64,000 nucleotides of DNA. Source: an uncultured delta proteobacterium (GTDB taxonomy: Bacteria; Desulfobacterota; Desulfomonilia; Desulfomonilales; Desulfomonilaceae). The DNA lies in assembly GCA_963789265.1 (NCBI GenBank), contig CAWBKB010000001.1:960001-1024000 (forward strand), given 5' to 3'. Below are positions 32,067-41,549 of this stretch, in pieces. Position numbers and translations under genes: made by a program. Below the pieces are notes generated by a model. The model was not told the DNA's origin. It ran no database searches and saw only the letters and a program-made list of their open reading frames with translations. Within the stretch, counting starts at the first letter, position 1; every line of letters begins with the position of its first letter.

Positions 32067-35039
32067 ATGGTTACCATTCCCGCGAAACTGAAAAATCTGA
32101 TTCAGGGGGTTACCGACGAAATTTCAGCGGCAGTGGGCGGCGCATGCGCTTCAGTGAGACCTTTTCTTAAGCGGAATGAGGCACCATTCTTCCCAGACTA
32201 CACCGATCATGGTATCGAGCACGTTGAGAGTGTCCTGAGGACCTCTGAGCTTATAATAGGTGACCAAGCGTGGGAAGTCTTTTCCCGACAGGATGCCGCT
32301 GTGCTGGCGCTCGCAACTCTGGCCCATGACCTTGGCATGTTAATCAACGTAGAGGGATTCATATATCTTACAGACCCGAGCCGGCATGAAATAGTTCTCT
32401 TCGAGCCAGACGACCAGCCATGGCCCAAGCTGTGGCGTGAGTTTCAACTAGATGCACGGCGATTTGATGCGCCGACGTTGATAAATTTGCTGGGATCACC
32501 GGAGCCTGTCACCATTCAAGAGATGGAGCCAGGTGGATTCACTGAACGAGGAATGAGAATCGCCGGAGAGTTTCTGAGACGTCACCATCACCGTTTGGCT
32601 CATGAGATCCTTGTCTTGGGCATGCCATCCGAAAGCGGAAGGTTGTCCCTATTTGGTGAGGTTCCAGAGTATCTGAGGGAGTTATCGGGCATCGTGGCCA
32701 GGAGTCATGGCATCCCTGTCCGGGAGTGCGTCGAGCCGCTGAAGAAGCAGGATCGTTCTGGGCACCGCGAGTGTCGTCATGTGCATCCGGTGTTTCTTAT
32801 GGTACTGGTTCGTCTTGCAGATTATTTGGATCTTGACATCGGACGTGCTCCTGCCTCGATATTGGCTGCAAAGTCGCTTCGGAGTCCGATTTCACGGCGA
32901 GAATGGTGGTCGCATCGGGCAATAGTGGATTGCCATTCACTTGATGATGATCCGGAGTGCCTCAATCTTGTTGTGGAGCCATCGGCAGTGGCCGACGTAG
33001 CCACCTTCGGTGTCATAGAAGATAAAATAACCGGGATTCAGCAGGAACTCGATTCGTGCTGGGCTGTCCTCGGGGAAGTCTACGGGCGATTTCCTCCGCT
33101 AAACCGACTATCGCTCAAAATCAGGCGAATTCGATCAAACATTCGGGAATCATCTATACTCCTGCAGTTGCCGTTCGTTCCCCACAGGGCATCGCTCGAG
33201 TCCGCGCGGGCAGACCTTCTTAAGCTGCTTATTGAACCATTGTATGGTGACCATCCAGGAATCGGAATTCGCGAACTTATTCAGAATGCTATAGACGCTG
33301 TTCGGGAGTTAGACTTCATTGTAGGAAGCGCCTCATCTAATGGGATGACTGTAGATAAAGAGGATCTGGACGGCGATGTTGTTGTGTATTTCGAACACGA
33401 TGAGAAAGGCGAATATTGGGTAGTAGTTGCAGACCAGGGAATCGGAATGACTTGGGCGACTGTGTGTAAGTACTATTTGACCGCTGGAGCCTCGTTCCGA
33501 CAGTCCGGCGCATGGAAGAAAACATTTGCTTACGATTCCGGCGTTTCTAAGGTTTTACTCTCTGGCCGTTTTGGAATCGGCGTTCTAGCGGCTTTCCTCC
33601 TCGGAGATCGTGTTTATGTTTCCACACGTCACGTTGAGGAATCAGAAAACCAAGGGATTGAATTGCAATTCGGTCTCGACGATACAAGTATCGAGATGAG
33701 GTGGGTAAAGCGGAAGGTGGGGACGACTGTAAAGGTTAGAACTGCTAAAGCTACTGTGGAACGGTTAACGCAATCTCAGTCGTGGGGGTCGCCGTGGGAG
33801 AGAGAAAATTGGGACTGGTACTGCCTGGAAAAGCCGGTGCTTACGCGACTAGATGTTAAAGGCAAACAACTAAGTCCAAAGTACAAACTTCCTCCTGCTG
33901 AGGGACCACTACCGCTCGATTGGCACCGCATTGACGTGCCAGGCTACCAGGCCATCGACTGGTCTTATCGCAGAGATCTCCCGCATCTTGTCTGTAACGG
34001 AATATTGGTTCGCCCTTATAAATATATCGGCGATCATCGATATTCTAGACAGTTTAGACCGTCGGACTGGGATGATCATGATGAAACGTGCACTCATCTT
34101 ACCTTAGAGTCACCCAAGCTATCTGTGTTCGATCCTGACGGACGACTTCCACTCAATTTGGCGCGTAGCGAACTGGCTCGCTCGGACGGCGAGTTAGAAA
34201 CCCGTATTGTCGACGACGTTTGCAGAAACTTCATTGCGTTTTGTCTTGCTAGAGGTCCCCAGGGCAGGATGGTCTCAAGAGACCGATTCGCTTCTTACAC
34301 TCGTTTGACGTATCCTGGATGGCACAGCTCTTCCTCCTCGCTCTGGCCCCCTTTTGGATTCTTTTTTGATACTTTGGATGGATGGGGTGTTTCAGATCCG
34401 TGGAATATCTCACATTTCTCTTCGAAAATAGGTCTTTTGATTCGGGTGTCCGGCAGACGTCTTCAAGTGTCTCAGAAAGTGGTTGATTTGGCACAGGAGA
34501 AATATGGCTTGACGTGTGGTGTAGAATCGGACGGTAATCTGGTGCCTTTTGACCATTGGCACAGGAAACTTATTCTATATTCAACGCTCGAATGTTTACC
34601 AGCGTTTCGAGGATTGAAGCTGAGAGGCCTGCGAACCTTAATGCCAGTCAAGTGGTATGAGAGATTCTGCTCAAAGCAGCGGAAATTTGTGGTCAAATCA
34701 ACGCAAGTTGAATCGAAGACGTCCGACAGTGTGACATTAACTGTGGGTGATTGCCCGGGTCCAGAGCCTGTCTTAGGTACGCTGGCGGACGATCTGCGCA
34801 AGAATAAAATTTCTTTTGAGAGCATCACAGAGTTTTATATGTTGCCTGCAGATCAGCATCCCGCACCTGGGCGCATTGCGAAGCTCTGGCAGGAAGCAAT
34901 TGGCGGGCCAATTGTCCCCTTCAATAAAGGTGACCGTCAGCGATTAGCAACAAAGCTGCCGTCGGAGTTTGAACGTCATTTGCAAGAGTGGACGAGCAGT
35001 GAGGCACCAAAGCGAACGCGCAAGTTGCCAGCTAGGTAG
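32067..35039 (+). CDS. HD-domain + HSP90-like GHKL ATPase fusion protein with an unknown C-terminal region
   Basis: FFPDYTDHGIEH, LAHDLGM (HD), LRRHHH, RSHG, RLADYLD; then LYG...IRELIQNAIDA, ADQGIGMT, GRFGIGVLAAF. Start at ATG 32067 after GAGGGGAG. Confidence 0.8.
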   Translation: MVTIPAKLKNLIQGVTDEISAAVGGACASVRPFLKRNEAPFFPDYTDHGIEHVESVLRTSELIIGDQAWEVFSRQDAAVLALATLAHDLGMLINVEGFIYLTDPSRHEIVLFEPDDQPWPKLWREFQLDARRFDAPTLINLLGSPEPVTIQEMEPGGFTERGMRIAGEFLRRHHHRLAHEILVLGMPSESGRLSLFGEVPEYLRELSGIVARSHGIPVRECVEPLKKQDRSGHRECRHVHPVFLMVLVRLADYLDLDIGRAPASILAAKSLRSPISRREWWSHRAIVDCHSLDDDPECLNLVVEPSAVADVATFGVIEDKITGIQQELDSCWAVLGEVYGRFPPLNRLSLKIRRIRSNIRESSILLQLPFVPHRASLESARADLLKLLIEPLYGDHPGIGIRELIQNAIDAVRELDFIVGSASSNGMTVDKEDLDGDVVVYFEHDEKGEYWVVVADQGIGMTWATVCKYYLTAGASFRQSGAWKKTFAYDSGVSKVLLSGRFGIGVLAAFLLGDRVYVSTRHVEESENQGIELQFGLDDTSIEMRWVKRKVGTTVKVRTAKATVERLTQSQSWGSPWERENWDWYCLEKPVLTRLDVKGKQLSPKYKLPPAEGPLPLDWHRIDVPGYQAIDWSYRRDLPHLVCNGILVRPYKYIGDHRYSRQFRPSDWDDHDETCTHLTLESPKLSVFDPDGRLPLNLARSELARSDGELETRIVDDVCRNFIAFCLARGPQGRMVSRDRFASYTRLTYPGWHSSSSSLWPPFGFFFDTLDGWGVSDPWNISHFSSKIGLLIRVSGRRLQVSQKVVDLAQEKYGLTCGVESDGNLVPFDHWHRKLILYSTLECLPAFRGLKLRGLRTLMPVKWYERFCSKQRKFVVKSTQVESKTSDSVTLTVGDCPGPEPVLGTLADDLRKNKISFESITEFYMLPADQHPAPGRIAKLWQEAIGGPIVPFNKGDRQRLATKLPSEFERHLQEWTSSEAPKRTRKLPAR

Positions 35040-35140
35040 GATGCGATGAACGAAATGAACCGCATCGGGAAAGAAAAGAGGGCATACAACCCAGAAGATG
35101 CAATTTCGTGTGATCCCTGCATGCCACAGGGCAGCAAGCC

Positions 35141-35467
35141 GTGAAGACCCACTATATAACTAAGGTAATCCCTCAGAAAGACTTCACCTTGATCCTTCTC
35201 TTCGAGTCGGGAGATCTCCGGATATTGGACATAAAGCCTAGCATCCAGGGCGGGGCCATTTGGGGGAGACTCAGAGATTGGGAGGTGTTCTCCAAGGTGC
35301 AAGTTCAGGAGGATTTCGGAGGATTTGTTTGGACGGATGAGCTTGATTACTGCCCTGATTCGGCCTTCATGGATTCTAAACCGCTTCCTCTCCGGATGCT
35401 CAAGGATTTGATGGATGTCTACTCCGTCAAGAAGACAGGCGACACGGAGTACAAGTCCGCCGGGTAA
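35141..35467 (+). CDS. DUF2442-like protein (antitoxin-type), orphan
   Basis: ITKVIP..DFTLILLFESG..RILDI...L.D..VF..V.V......VW..ELDYCPD. Confidence 0.7.
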   Translation: MKTHYITKVIPQKDFTLILLFESGDLRILDIKPSIQGGAIWGRLRDWEVFSKVQVQEDFGGFVWTDELDYCPDSAFMDSKPLPLRMLKDLMDVYSVKKTGDTEYKSAG

Positions 35468-35755
35468 TGCAGGTTTATCAATACCTTTATCACATTTAGG
35501 TTGTGGTGCACTTTGTGAGCACGATCTACCAGAGTTGAATACAACGGCCCGGAACCCGGCGAATTTGTAGCCCCTCAAATCGAGGGAGCCGACATGGAAT
35601 GTCCAATCACCGCGGACTGGGCACGGACTGGGAACCAAAATATAATCCTTTAACTCTTACGAAAGAAATGCGTCTAATGTCTTGTAAGGGACATGAGCCC
35701 GGGGCAACCTGTTCGCACCATTCTAATCTTGTTCGATAGCGAGGGAGCAATCAGG

Positions 35756-38416
35756 ATGAAATCCAAGATTTCGCAGATGCGGTATATAAACTTATCCATT
35801 CTCATAGCCATACTGTGCGTTTTTCCCAGCTTATGCCTGTCTTCCTCAAGGGCCGAGGCTGCGACCGCGGGAGAGGCTGTCGTGGGAGCCATCGAAGGTG
35901 AAGCGGAGCTTTCCGGCAGCAGCGGCCAGGAAACAGGGCAATTGCAGACCGGGGGCGTTGTCAAGTCCGACGATGCCGCATCCACAGGGCCGAAGAGCAA
36001 GCTGCTCCTGAACTGGGATTCGGGGCTAACAGCCTCTCTAGGGGAATATTCCTCGATTCTGTTGCTGCCGGAAGATGTTAACGCGCCGGCGACTAATATC
36101 CAAATGAGTGACGGAATCATGCGGCTCGCCTGGAACCGTCCCGGCGCGGGCCCGCCTAAGCCCTATTCTGTTAGCACCCCGGTAGCTTCCATCCAGCCAG
36201 AGTCTTACGATCAGCCGGTTGATTTCATAGTGGAATCGTACGACCCTACCTCCACCGTTATTACGGTCGTGAACGGTCGAGTCAAGGTGACAAATCTTAC
36301 GGTTACCCCTTTCCAGGAGCAAGTCGTTTCGTCCTGTCAAAGTATCTCTGTCACAATGGGCAAGAGCAACCCGGACCTCATATCTCTTTCGCCAGACGAT
36401 CTGGGCCGATTAGCCGCCGCCTCAACCATAACCGGCACTATCCCCGCCAACTTCGATGCATGCAGTGCTGTTGCTTCCACTCTGCCTCCTCCTCCGCCCG
36501 CAGCGGCTCCTCCTCCACCGTCCACCGGGTACCCCTATCCTTCAATGCCTGATTACTACGTTGAAGATTGGGACGTCGAGGATATCTATCCCCTGCCTGA
36601 GATCAGAGTCATGCCGCCAAGGCCGGGAGGCGTGATTGTAATCGTTATTCCCGGCATCGGGAGCCTATTTGTCACCATTCCTTTCGAGGGCGGATGGGTT
36701 GTTGATCCCGCGGTCATCCAAGTTTACGCAGGGACCGTATTCCTGGAGCGCATAATCTACTTTGATCGCCACTACTTGAGAGATTGCCGGCTGCGCCAAA
36801 GGGAGTTGAACAATCTCATATACCTTGCTCAGGTCACCGGTAACAGAAGGCTGCTCCTGGACGCACAGCGCGAACTGGGCTACATGAATATCAGAGCACA
36901 TTGGGCCACGCGAAGAATCGACGGAATCGAGCGTAGAATCGCGGCCTTCCAGGGCGAGCAACGGAACCTGGCGGGCAGGTTGCCCCGAGGCCTGAACCTG
37001 CACGATGCTATTGCCCATTCGTTTGACTCCCCCAGGAACCTGCCCGTGGTTCAGACACTTCAGCACAGACTAAACACCCAGTTGAACGTACAGAATCACT
37101 TAGCCAATGTGGCCGGCCAGGAATTGGCTCAACTGCGGGCAAGAGTTGCTCGGCAAAGCAATCCGGCCGCGCGTCTGGCGATGGTCTCGGATCTGGACAA
37201 AATGAGAAGCGATCTTGCAACAGGCCGACTGCCGCTTAGCACCAAGCAGAACCAGGTCAAGAGTCTGGTCAAACAACTGTCACAGGAGCGAGATGTTAAT
37301 AAGAGGCAGAAGCTTGAAAACCATCTGTTGGGCCGAATAAAGAAGAGTGAGGTTCAGCCGCCACCTAATGTATTGAATCCGAACAGCCTCAATATGCTGA
37401 AGGGACAGCTCGCCAAGTACCCCAATGCTTTGCAGCGTCAGGTTCTCCAGAAGAGGTTTACCGGTCTCGAACAATCGGCCGATGCCAGAAGGCAAGAGGA
37501 AGCCAACAGGCAGCAGATAGAGGAGATCACGTCCCAGGCTGTAAAGGAGAAGAATACTCAGAAGCAGAAAGAGCTTTTGGGCCGAATGAATCAACTCCTG
37601 AAATCTCCCACCGCTATCGGAGCAGCAGGGATCGGAGCGGCCGGGGTCGGAGCCTCAGGGCTACGGCTACTCCAAAAGAGGCAAAATCTCGAACGTCAAA
37701 TAGCCGGTGAAAAGAACAAACAAAAAAGGGAAACCCTCCAGAGGAGTTTGGAGGAGCTAAAGACAAAACAGGCTGAAAATCAGCGCAAACATCAACTTGA
37801 ACTTCAGAAACAGACCGATCTGGAACACCAAAAGCAACTCCAAAAACAAAAGCTTCAGCAGGTGAAACCTCTGCCGCAGCAACTGCCCCAAAAGCAACTC
37901 AACCAGGAGCGCATCCATCGAGAACAACTCCCCAAGCAGAAGCTAGAACAGAACCAGCTTCAACAACAGAAGCTGCACCAGCAACAGCTTGACCAAGAGC
38001 GGCTACGTAAGCAGCAGCTCGATCAAGAACGGCTTCGCAAACAGCAACTCAACCAGCAGCAAAAACGACAAGAGCAGTTGCGCAGCAAACAGTTGGAACA
38101 GGAGCGACTGCACAAGCAGCAACAGGAGCAGGAGCGGTTAAGACTTCAGAAGTCTCAACAGGAACAGCTCCATCGACAGCAACTTCAACAACAAAAGCTT
38201 CAGCAAGGACGATTGCAACAACAACAGTTACAACAGCAACAGCTTCGGCAACAACAGCTTCAACAGCAGCAACTTCGCCAACAGCAGCTTCAGCAGCAAC
38301 AATTACGTCAACAGCAACTTCAACAGCAGCAACTGCGTCAGCAGCAACTTCAACAACAACAGTTGCACCGGCAACAGTTGCAAAAGGAGCAGCAGGAGAA
38401 GTTGAAAGGTAAATAG
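35756..38416 (+). CDS. Exported FecR-like-domain protein with a Pro-rich linker and a Gln/Leu-repeat tail
   Basis: Signal-peptide-like N-terminus; STGPKSKLLL.W.SG....LGEYS, VSTPVASI, TVITVVNGRVKV resemble FecR; LPPPPPAAAPPPP; C-terminal (LRQQQLQQQQ)n. Confidence 0.7.
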   Translation: MKSKISQMRYINLSILIAILCVFPSLCLSSSRAEAATAGEAVVGAIEGEAELSGSSGQETGQLQTGGVVKSDDAASTGPKSKLLLNWDSGLTASLGEYSSILLLPEDVNAPATNIQMSDGIMRLAWNRPGAGPPKPYSVSTPVASIQPESYDQPVDFIVESYDPTSTVITVVNGRVKVTNLTVTPFQEQVVSSCQSISVTMGKSNPDLISLSPDDLGRLAAASTITGTIPANFDACSAVASTLPPPPPAAAPPPPSTGYPYPSMPDYYVEDWDVEDIYPLPEIRVMPPRPGGVIVIVIPGIGSLFVTIPFEGGWVVDPAVIQVYAGTVFLERIIYFDRHYLRDCRLRQRELNNLIYLAQVTGNRRLLLDAQRELGYMNIRAHWATRRIDGIERRIAAFQGEQRNLAGRLPRGLNLHDAIAHSFDSPRNLPVVQTLQHRLNTQLNVQNHLANVAGQELAQLRARVARQSNPAARLAMVSDLDKMRSDLATGRLPLSTKQNQVKSLVKQLSQERDVNKRQKLENHLLGRIKKSEVQPPPNVLNPNSLNMLKGQLAKYPNALQRQVLQKRFTGLEQSADARRQEEANRQQIEEITSQAVKEKNTQKQKELLGRMNQLLKSPTAIGAAGIGAAGVGASGLRLLQKRQNLERQIAGEKNKQKRETLQRSLEELKTKQAENQRKHQLELQKQTDLEHQKQLQKQKLQQVKPLPQQLPQKQLNQERIHREQLPKQKLEQNQLQQQKLHQQQLDQERLRKQQLDQERLRKQQLNQQQKRQEQLRSKQLEQERLHKQQQEQERLRLQKSQQEQLHRQQLQQQKLQQGRLQQQQLQQQQLRQQQLQQQQLRQQQLQQQQLRQQQLQQQQLRQQQLQQQQLHRQQLQKEQQEKLKGK
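37950..38390 (+). repeat. Coding tandem repeat, 15/30-bp period (Leu every 5th residue in a Gln-rich tract)
   Basis: Imperfect repeats such as CAGCAACTTCAACAGCAGCAACTGCGT, with mixed CAA/CAG codons. Confidence 0.85.
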
Positions 38417-38508
38417 GAGGGGCAGGTTATTAAGACAAAAAAGATCCGGATGTGGTGAATGCGCGAAATGTGGATTCGCCGCAGTCGTTACTCGTTTCCA
38501 GCATCACA

Positions 38509-38566
38509 GTAGGGTGGGCATCCTGCCCGCCATAAGAAACCAACGGGCGGGACGCTCATCCTCTAC
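38509..38566. repeat. GTAG/GTGG-type REP-like doublet (GGCATCCTGCC arms)
   Basis: GTAGGGTGGGCATCCTGCCCGCC...GGGCGGGACGCTCATCCTCTAC; relatives at 44389-44441, 47292-47342, 56815-56836 and 61181-61238. Confidence 0.7.
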
Positions 38567-38775
38567 TCGGGATTGTTATGCGCACTATCCGCATAGCCAG
38601 GCACACCGAGTTGCTTAAAGATACGGGTTGCAGTAAACTCCGGGATCTCGCGATGACGGGGCACCGAGGTACGACAATTGGTCGCGGGATTCTCCCAAAT
38701 CGAGTGCTCCGCGCCTTCCCGTACAAGCCGACAACCGTGCCGGCGCAAGTCGTGAAGCAGGTCACGCCTTTTCAT
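38563..38775 (-). CDS. hicA: HicA-family toxin (mRNA interferase)
   Basis: MKRRDLL..L...GC.LVREG..HSIW.NP.......VPRHREI....A..I.KQLG. Confidence 0.9.
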   Translation of the reverse strand: MKRRDLLHDLRRHGCRLVREGAEHSIWENPATNCRTSVPRHREIPEFTATRIFKQLGVPGYADSAHNNPE

Positions 38776-39056
38776 ACTGTTGCCGTCTGAGGTTCAACAG
38801 TTATATGGGACGCCGCGGTCAGCAGCAAATGGATGGGCTCTTCCAAATCGGCCGATGGATCGGTACAAGATGGATCGGGTTGAGGGAGCGGCTCGCCGTG
38901 GAGCAAGTTCGTCTCTGCCATGTCCACCAGGGCACTTGCTAACAGCCTACGGGCTTCCTTTAGGGTTTCTCCATAGGTGATGGTGCCGGGGAAATCCAAC
39001 ACTTCCGCATGCACGCCTTTATCGAGGAACTTGTATGTAGCTTTGTAGGTCAACAT
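38772..39056 (-). CDS. hicB: HicB-family antitoxin (short, upstream of hicA)
   Basis: AEVLDFPGTITYGETLKEARRLLASAL...GEPLPQP; ATGA overlap with hicA. Confidence 0.85.
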   Translation of the reverse strand: MLTYKATYKFLDKGVHAEVLDFPGTITYGETLKEARRLLASALVDMAETNLLHGEPLPQPDPSCTDPSADLEEPIHLLLTAASHITVEPQTATV

Positions 39057-39269
39057 ACCGCGCTGCTCCACATGCTGCTTGTTGATGTGTCTCACCGTGT
39101 AACAATTTACAGCCTACAGCACCATTTTTCGGTTTGCAAGGCAAGGGTCCTCAATAATTCTCAAAATGTAACCGTTCACCTTCCAATCAATCCCTTGCCG
39201 GCGCTCCAGCGGATGAAAGTGCAGCAAATCAGAATTCTCGGCGCACTCTGCGGTGAACCAGTACGATTA

Positions 39270-41294
39270 TTATTCTCCGTCCAGAGCATGGCGCACCGCG
39301 TCTAGGAATTGTTTTACATTATAAGGCTTCCATACGAACCCTTTTGCGGACAGTTCCAATTCGGCACTCGTAGGATTGTCAGCGGAATAGCCACTGGCTA
39401 TCAGGACCTTTGCACCCGGGTCAATTCTCAGCAGTTCGTCAAGACATTCGGCTCCACCCATTTCCGGCATTATCAAATCGAGTATGATCAGCGAGACCCG
39501 ATTAGCCTCCGTCTTATACAATTCCAGCGCCTCTCGGCCGTTCGTCGCCGTGATAACCTCGTACCCGGCTCTGACGAGAATCGTCCGGGCCAAATCTCTT
39601 ATCAAATCCTCGTCATCAACCAATAATACGGTCTCCGTCCCGATTTGAATCGCGGGCCTTTGGCACGCACCCACTTGTGCGGCATCCTCATCGAGTGCCG
39701 GCAAATATACTCGAAACGTGGACCCTTCGCCCACTGTGCTTTCGCATTCTATGTAACCGCCATGCTGTTTGACAATGCCGTAAGTCACAGCAAGCCCCAG
39801 GCCGGTTCCTCGGCCCATTCCTTTGGTAGTGTAGAACGGCTCGAATATGTGGTCCAAGACTTCCTTCCTTATGCCGCGTCCGGTGTCGGATACTGAAACC
39901 ATTACGTAACGGCCGTGCTTTGCACCAAGGTGACTCCGGCAGAACTCGTCATCGAGAACAACACCGGTCGTCTGCATGGTCAGCTTCCCTCCGTTCGGCA
40001 TGGAGTCCCTTGCATTTACCGCCAGGTTCATGAGCACCTGCTGGATTTGAGCCGGGTCCGCATAAGTCGTGGCGGTCAGTTCTTGCTCCAACGAAACTGC
40101 AATTGTGATCATTTTGGGCAGGGTTCTGAAAAGCAAATTCTTGACCTGGTCCACCTGTTGATTCAGGTCCATCGGGGTGAGCCTGGGCTCGACCTTTCGG
40201 CTGAATGTGAGGAGGCTTCGGACTAATTCAGCTCCCTTTTTAGCCGATTCACTTATCTTGCGGAGATCTACCCGGACAGGCTCCCCCAGACTCTTGTCCA
40301 TGAGAAGGTAATCCGCATATCCTAAGACAACGGTGAGAAGGTTGTTGAAATCATGAGCTATTCCACCGGCTAACGTACCCACCGCTTCCATTTTCTGAGC
40401 ATGAAATAACTGTTTCTCCAGAAGGACTTCCGACGTCACGTCTCGCTTTACGGCTACAAAGTTGGCGATCTCACCACAATTATCGCGAACAGGGGCTATG
40501 GTTGTCTCCTCAAAATAAACGGAACCGTCCTTCTTTCGGCTGGTTAATCGCCCATTCCAGACATCTCCCCTTGCAAGCGTGTCCCACAACTGTTTCCGGA
40601 ATGCCTTGTTATAATCAGAGCATCCGAGAGGGCTGAGTTTCTTGCCCGCGATTCCGTTGCGGCAGTACCCGGATATCCGCTCGAAAGCGGGATTGACGTA
40701 CTGGATGTTCCCCTCCTTATCGGTGATCGCAATTGCTTCGGCGATCTGTTCCACGGCCGTAGCCAACCGCCGCTGAGCTTCCTGTGATTTGCGGCGATCT
40801 GTGACATCTATCAACGTCACCAAGTCCGCATTCTTGCCCTGAAAACAAACGGTCTTCGAGTATATCTCCAGCCATTTTGTTTTGCCTGTTTTTGTTATTA
40901 CACGAAATGAATACGATGGGATGACTTGGGCGTCGCCTGAGAGTTTTCTCTTTGCCTGCTCCCCGACAAACGCCCGATCGTCAGGATGAATAGCAGCCAT
41001 GAATTGCTCTAAGCTCCATTGAGCGAGTTCCTCGAACGGGTACTCTCCAATGTCTATGGCCGCCTTATTAAAATAAATTGGCATTCCATCTTGTATGATC
41101 GCGATTCCGAGAAAGGACTGCTCTGAAATGAGTCGAAATTTTTCCTCGTTCTCCTTAAGCTGTTCCTTACACTGTCGAAACGCTGTCTCAGCACTCCGAC
41201 GCTCCTCAAGCAGGCGGGTAAGTTCTGCAATTCGACGGCGCGCTGTCTCCAATTCCGTCTGCAGTTCATTGATTTTGATATTGCCTTCGTCCAT
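39270..41294 (-). CDS. PAS-PAS hybrid histidine kinase with a C-terminal receiver
   Basis: AGGIAHDFNNLL H-box, NLAVNARDSM, DTGRGI, FEPFYTTK, GTGLGL; REC VLLVDDE..LDLIMP..KP. Confidence 0.92.
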   Translation of the reverse strand: MDEGNIKINELQTELETARRRIAELTRLLEERRSAETAFRQCKEQLKENEEKFRLISEQSFLGIAIIQDGMPIYFNKAAIDIGEYPFEELAQWSLEQFMAAIHPDDRAFVGEQAKRKLSGDAQVIPSYSFRVITKTGKTKWLEIYSKTVCFQGKNADLVTLIDVTDRRKSQEAQRRLATAVEQIAEAIAITDKEGNIQYVNPAFERISGYCRNGIAGKKLSPLGCSDYNKAFRKQLWDTLARGDVWNGRLTSRKKDGSVYFEETTIAPVRDNCGEIANFVAVKRDVTSEVLLEKQLFHAQKMEAVGTLAGGIAHDFNNLLTVVLGYADYLLMDKSLGEPVRVDLRKISESAKKGAELVRSLLTFSRKVEPRLTPMDLNQQVDQVKNLLFRTLPKMITIAVSLEQELTATTYADPAQIQQVLMNLAVNARDSMPNGGKLTMQTTGVVLDDEFCRSHLGAKHGRYVMVSVSDTGRGIRKEVLDHIFEPFYTTKGMGRGTGLGLAVTYGIVKQHGGYIECESTVGEGSTFRVYLPALDEDAAQVGACQRPAIQIGTETVLLVDDEDLIRDLARTILVRAGYEVITATNGREALELYKTEANRVSLIILDLIMPEMGGAECLDELLRIDPGAKVLIASGYSADNPTSAELELSAKGFVWKPYNVKQFLDAVRHALDGE

Positions 41295-41549
41295 AGCAAC
41301 CCCCCGTAAGGACGCTTGACGGTATGTAGAATGGAATTGTTACTTTGGACGGCACAGACCTATCGCGGCAGCAGCCGGAGCAGGAATGACAGGTGACCTC
41401 CCGTCACGGTGAGCCTTCAGAGGTTTCTATATTGGACGGCCAAAATGACATATCCTTAATGGCAACTCTAGCACATCATCGCGATTCCGAGAAGCGACTA
41501 TTTGCAAAAGGACGGCTTTCTGAGCCACAACTTCCGAGGAGGCACCAGG

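Noticed and set aside
37800..38400. CRISPR-like or non-coding array
   Set aside because: The repeats are in-frame Gln/Leu codons with no unique spacers, and there are no cas genes in the window.
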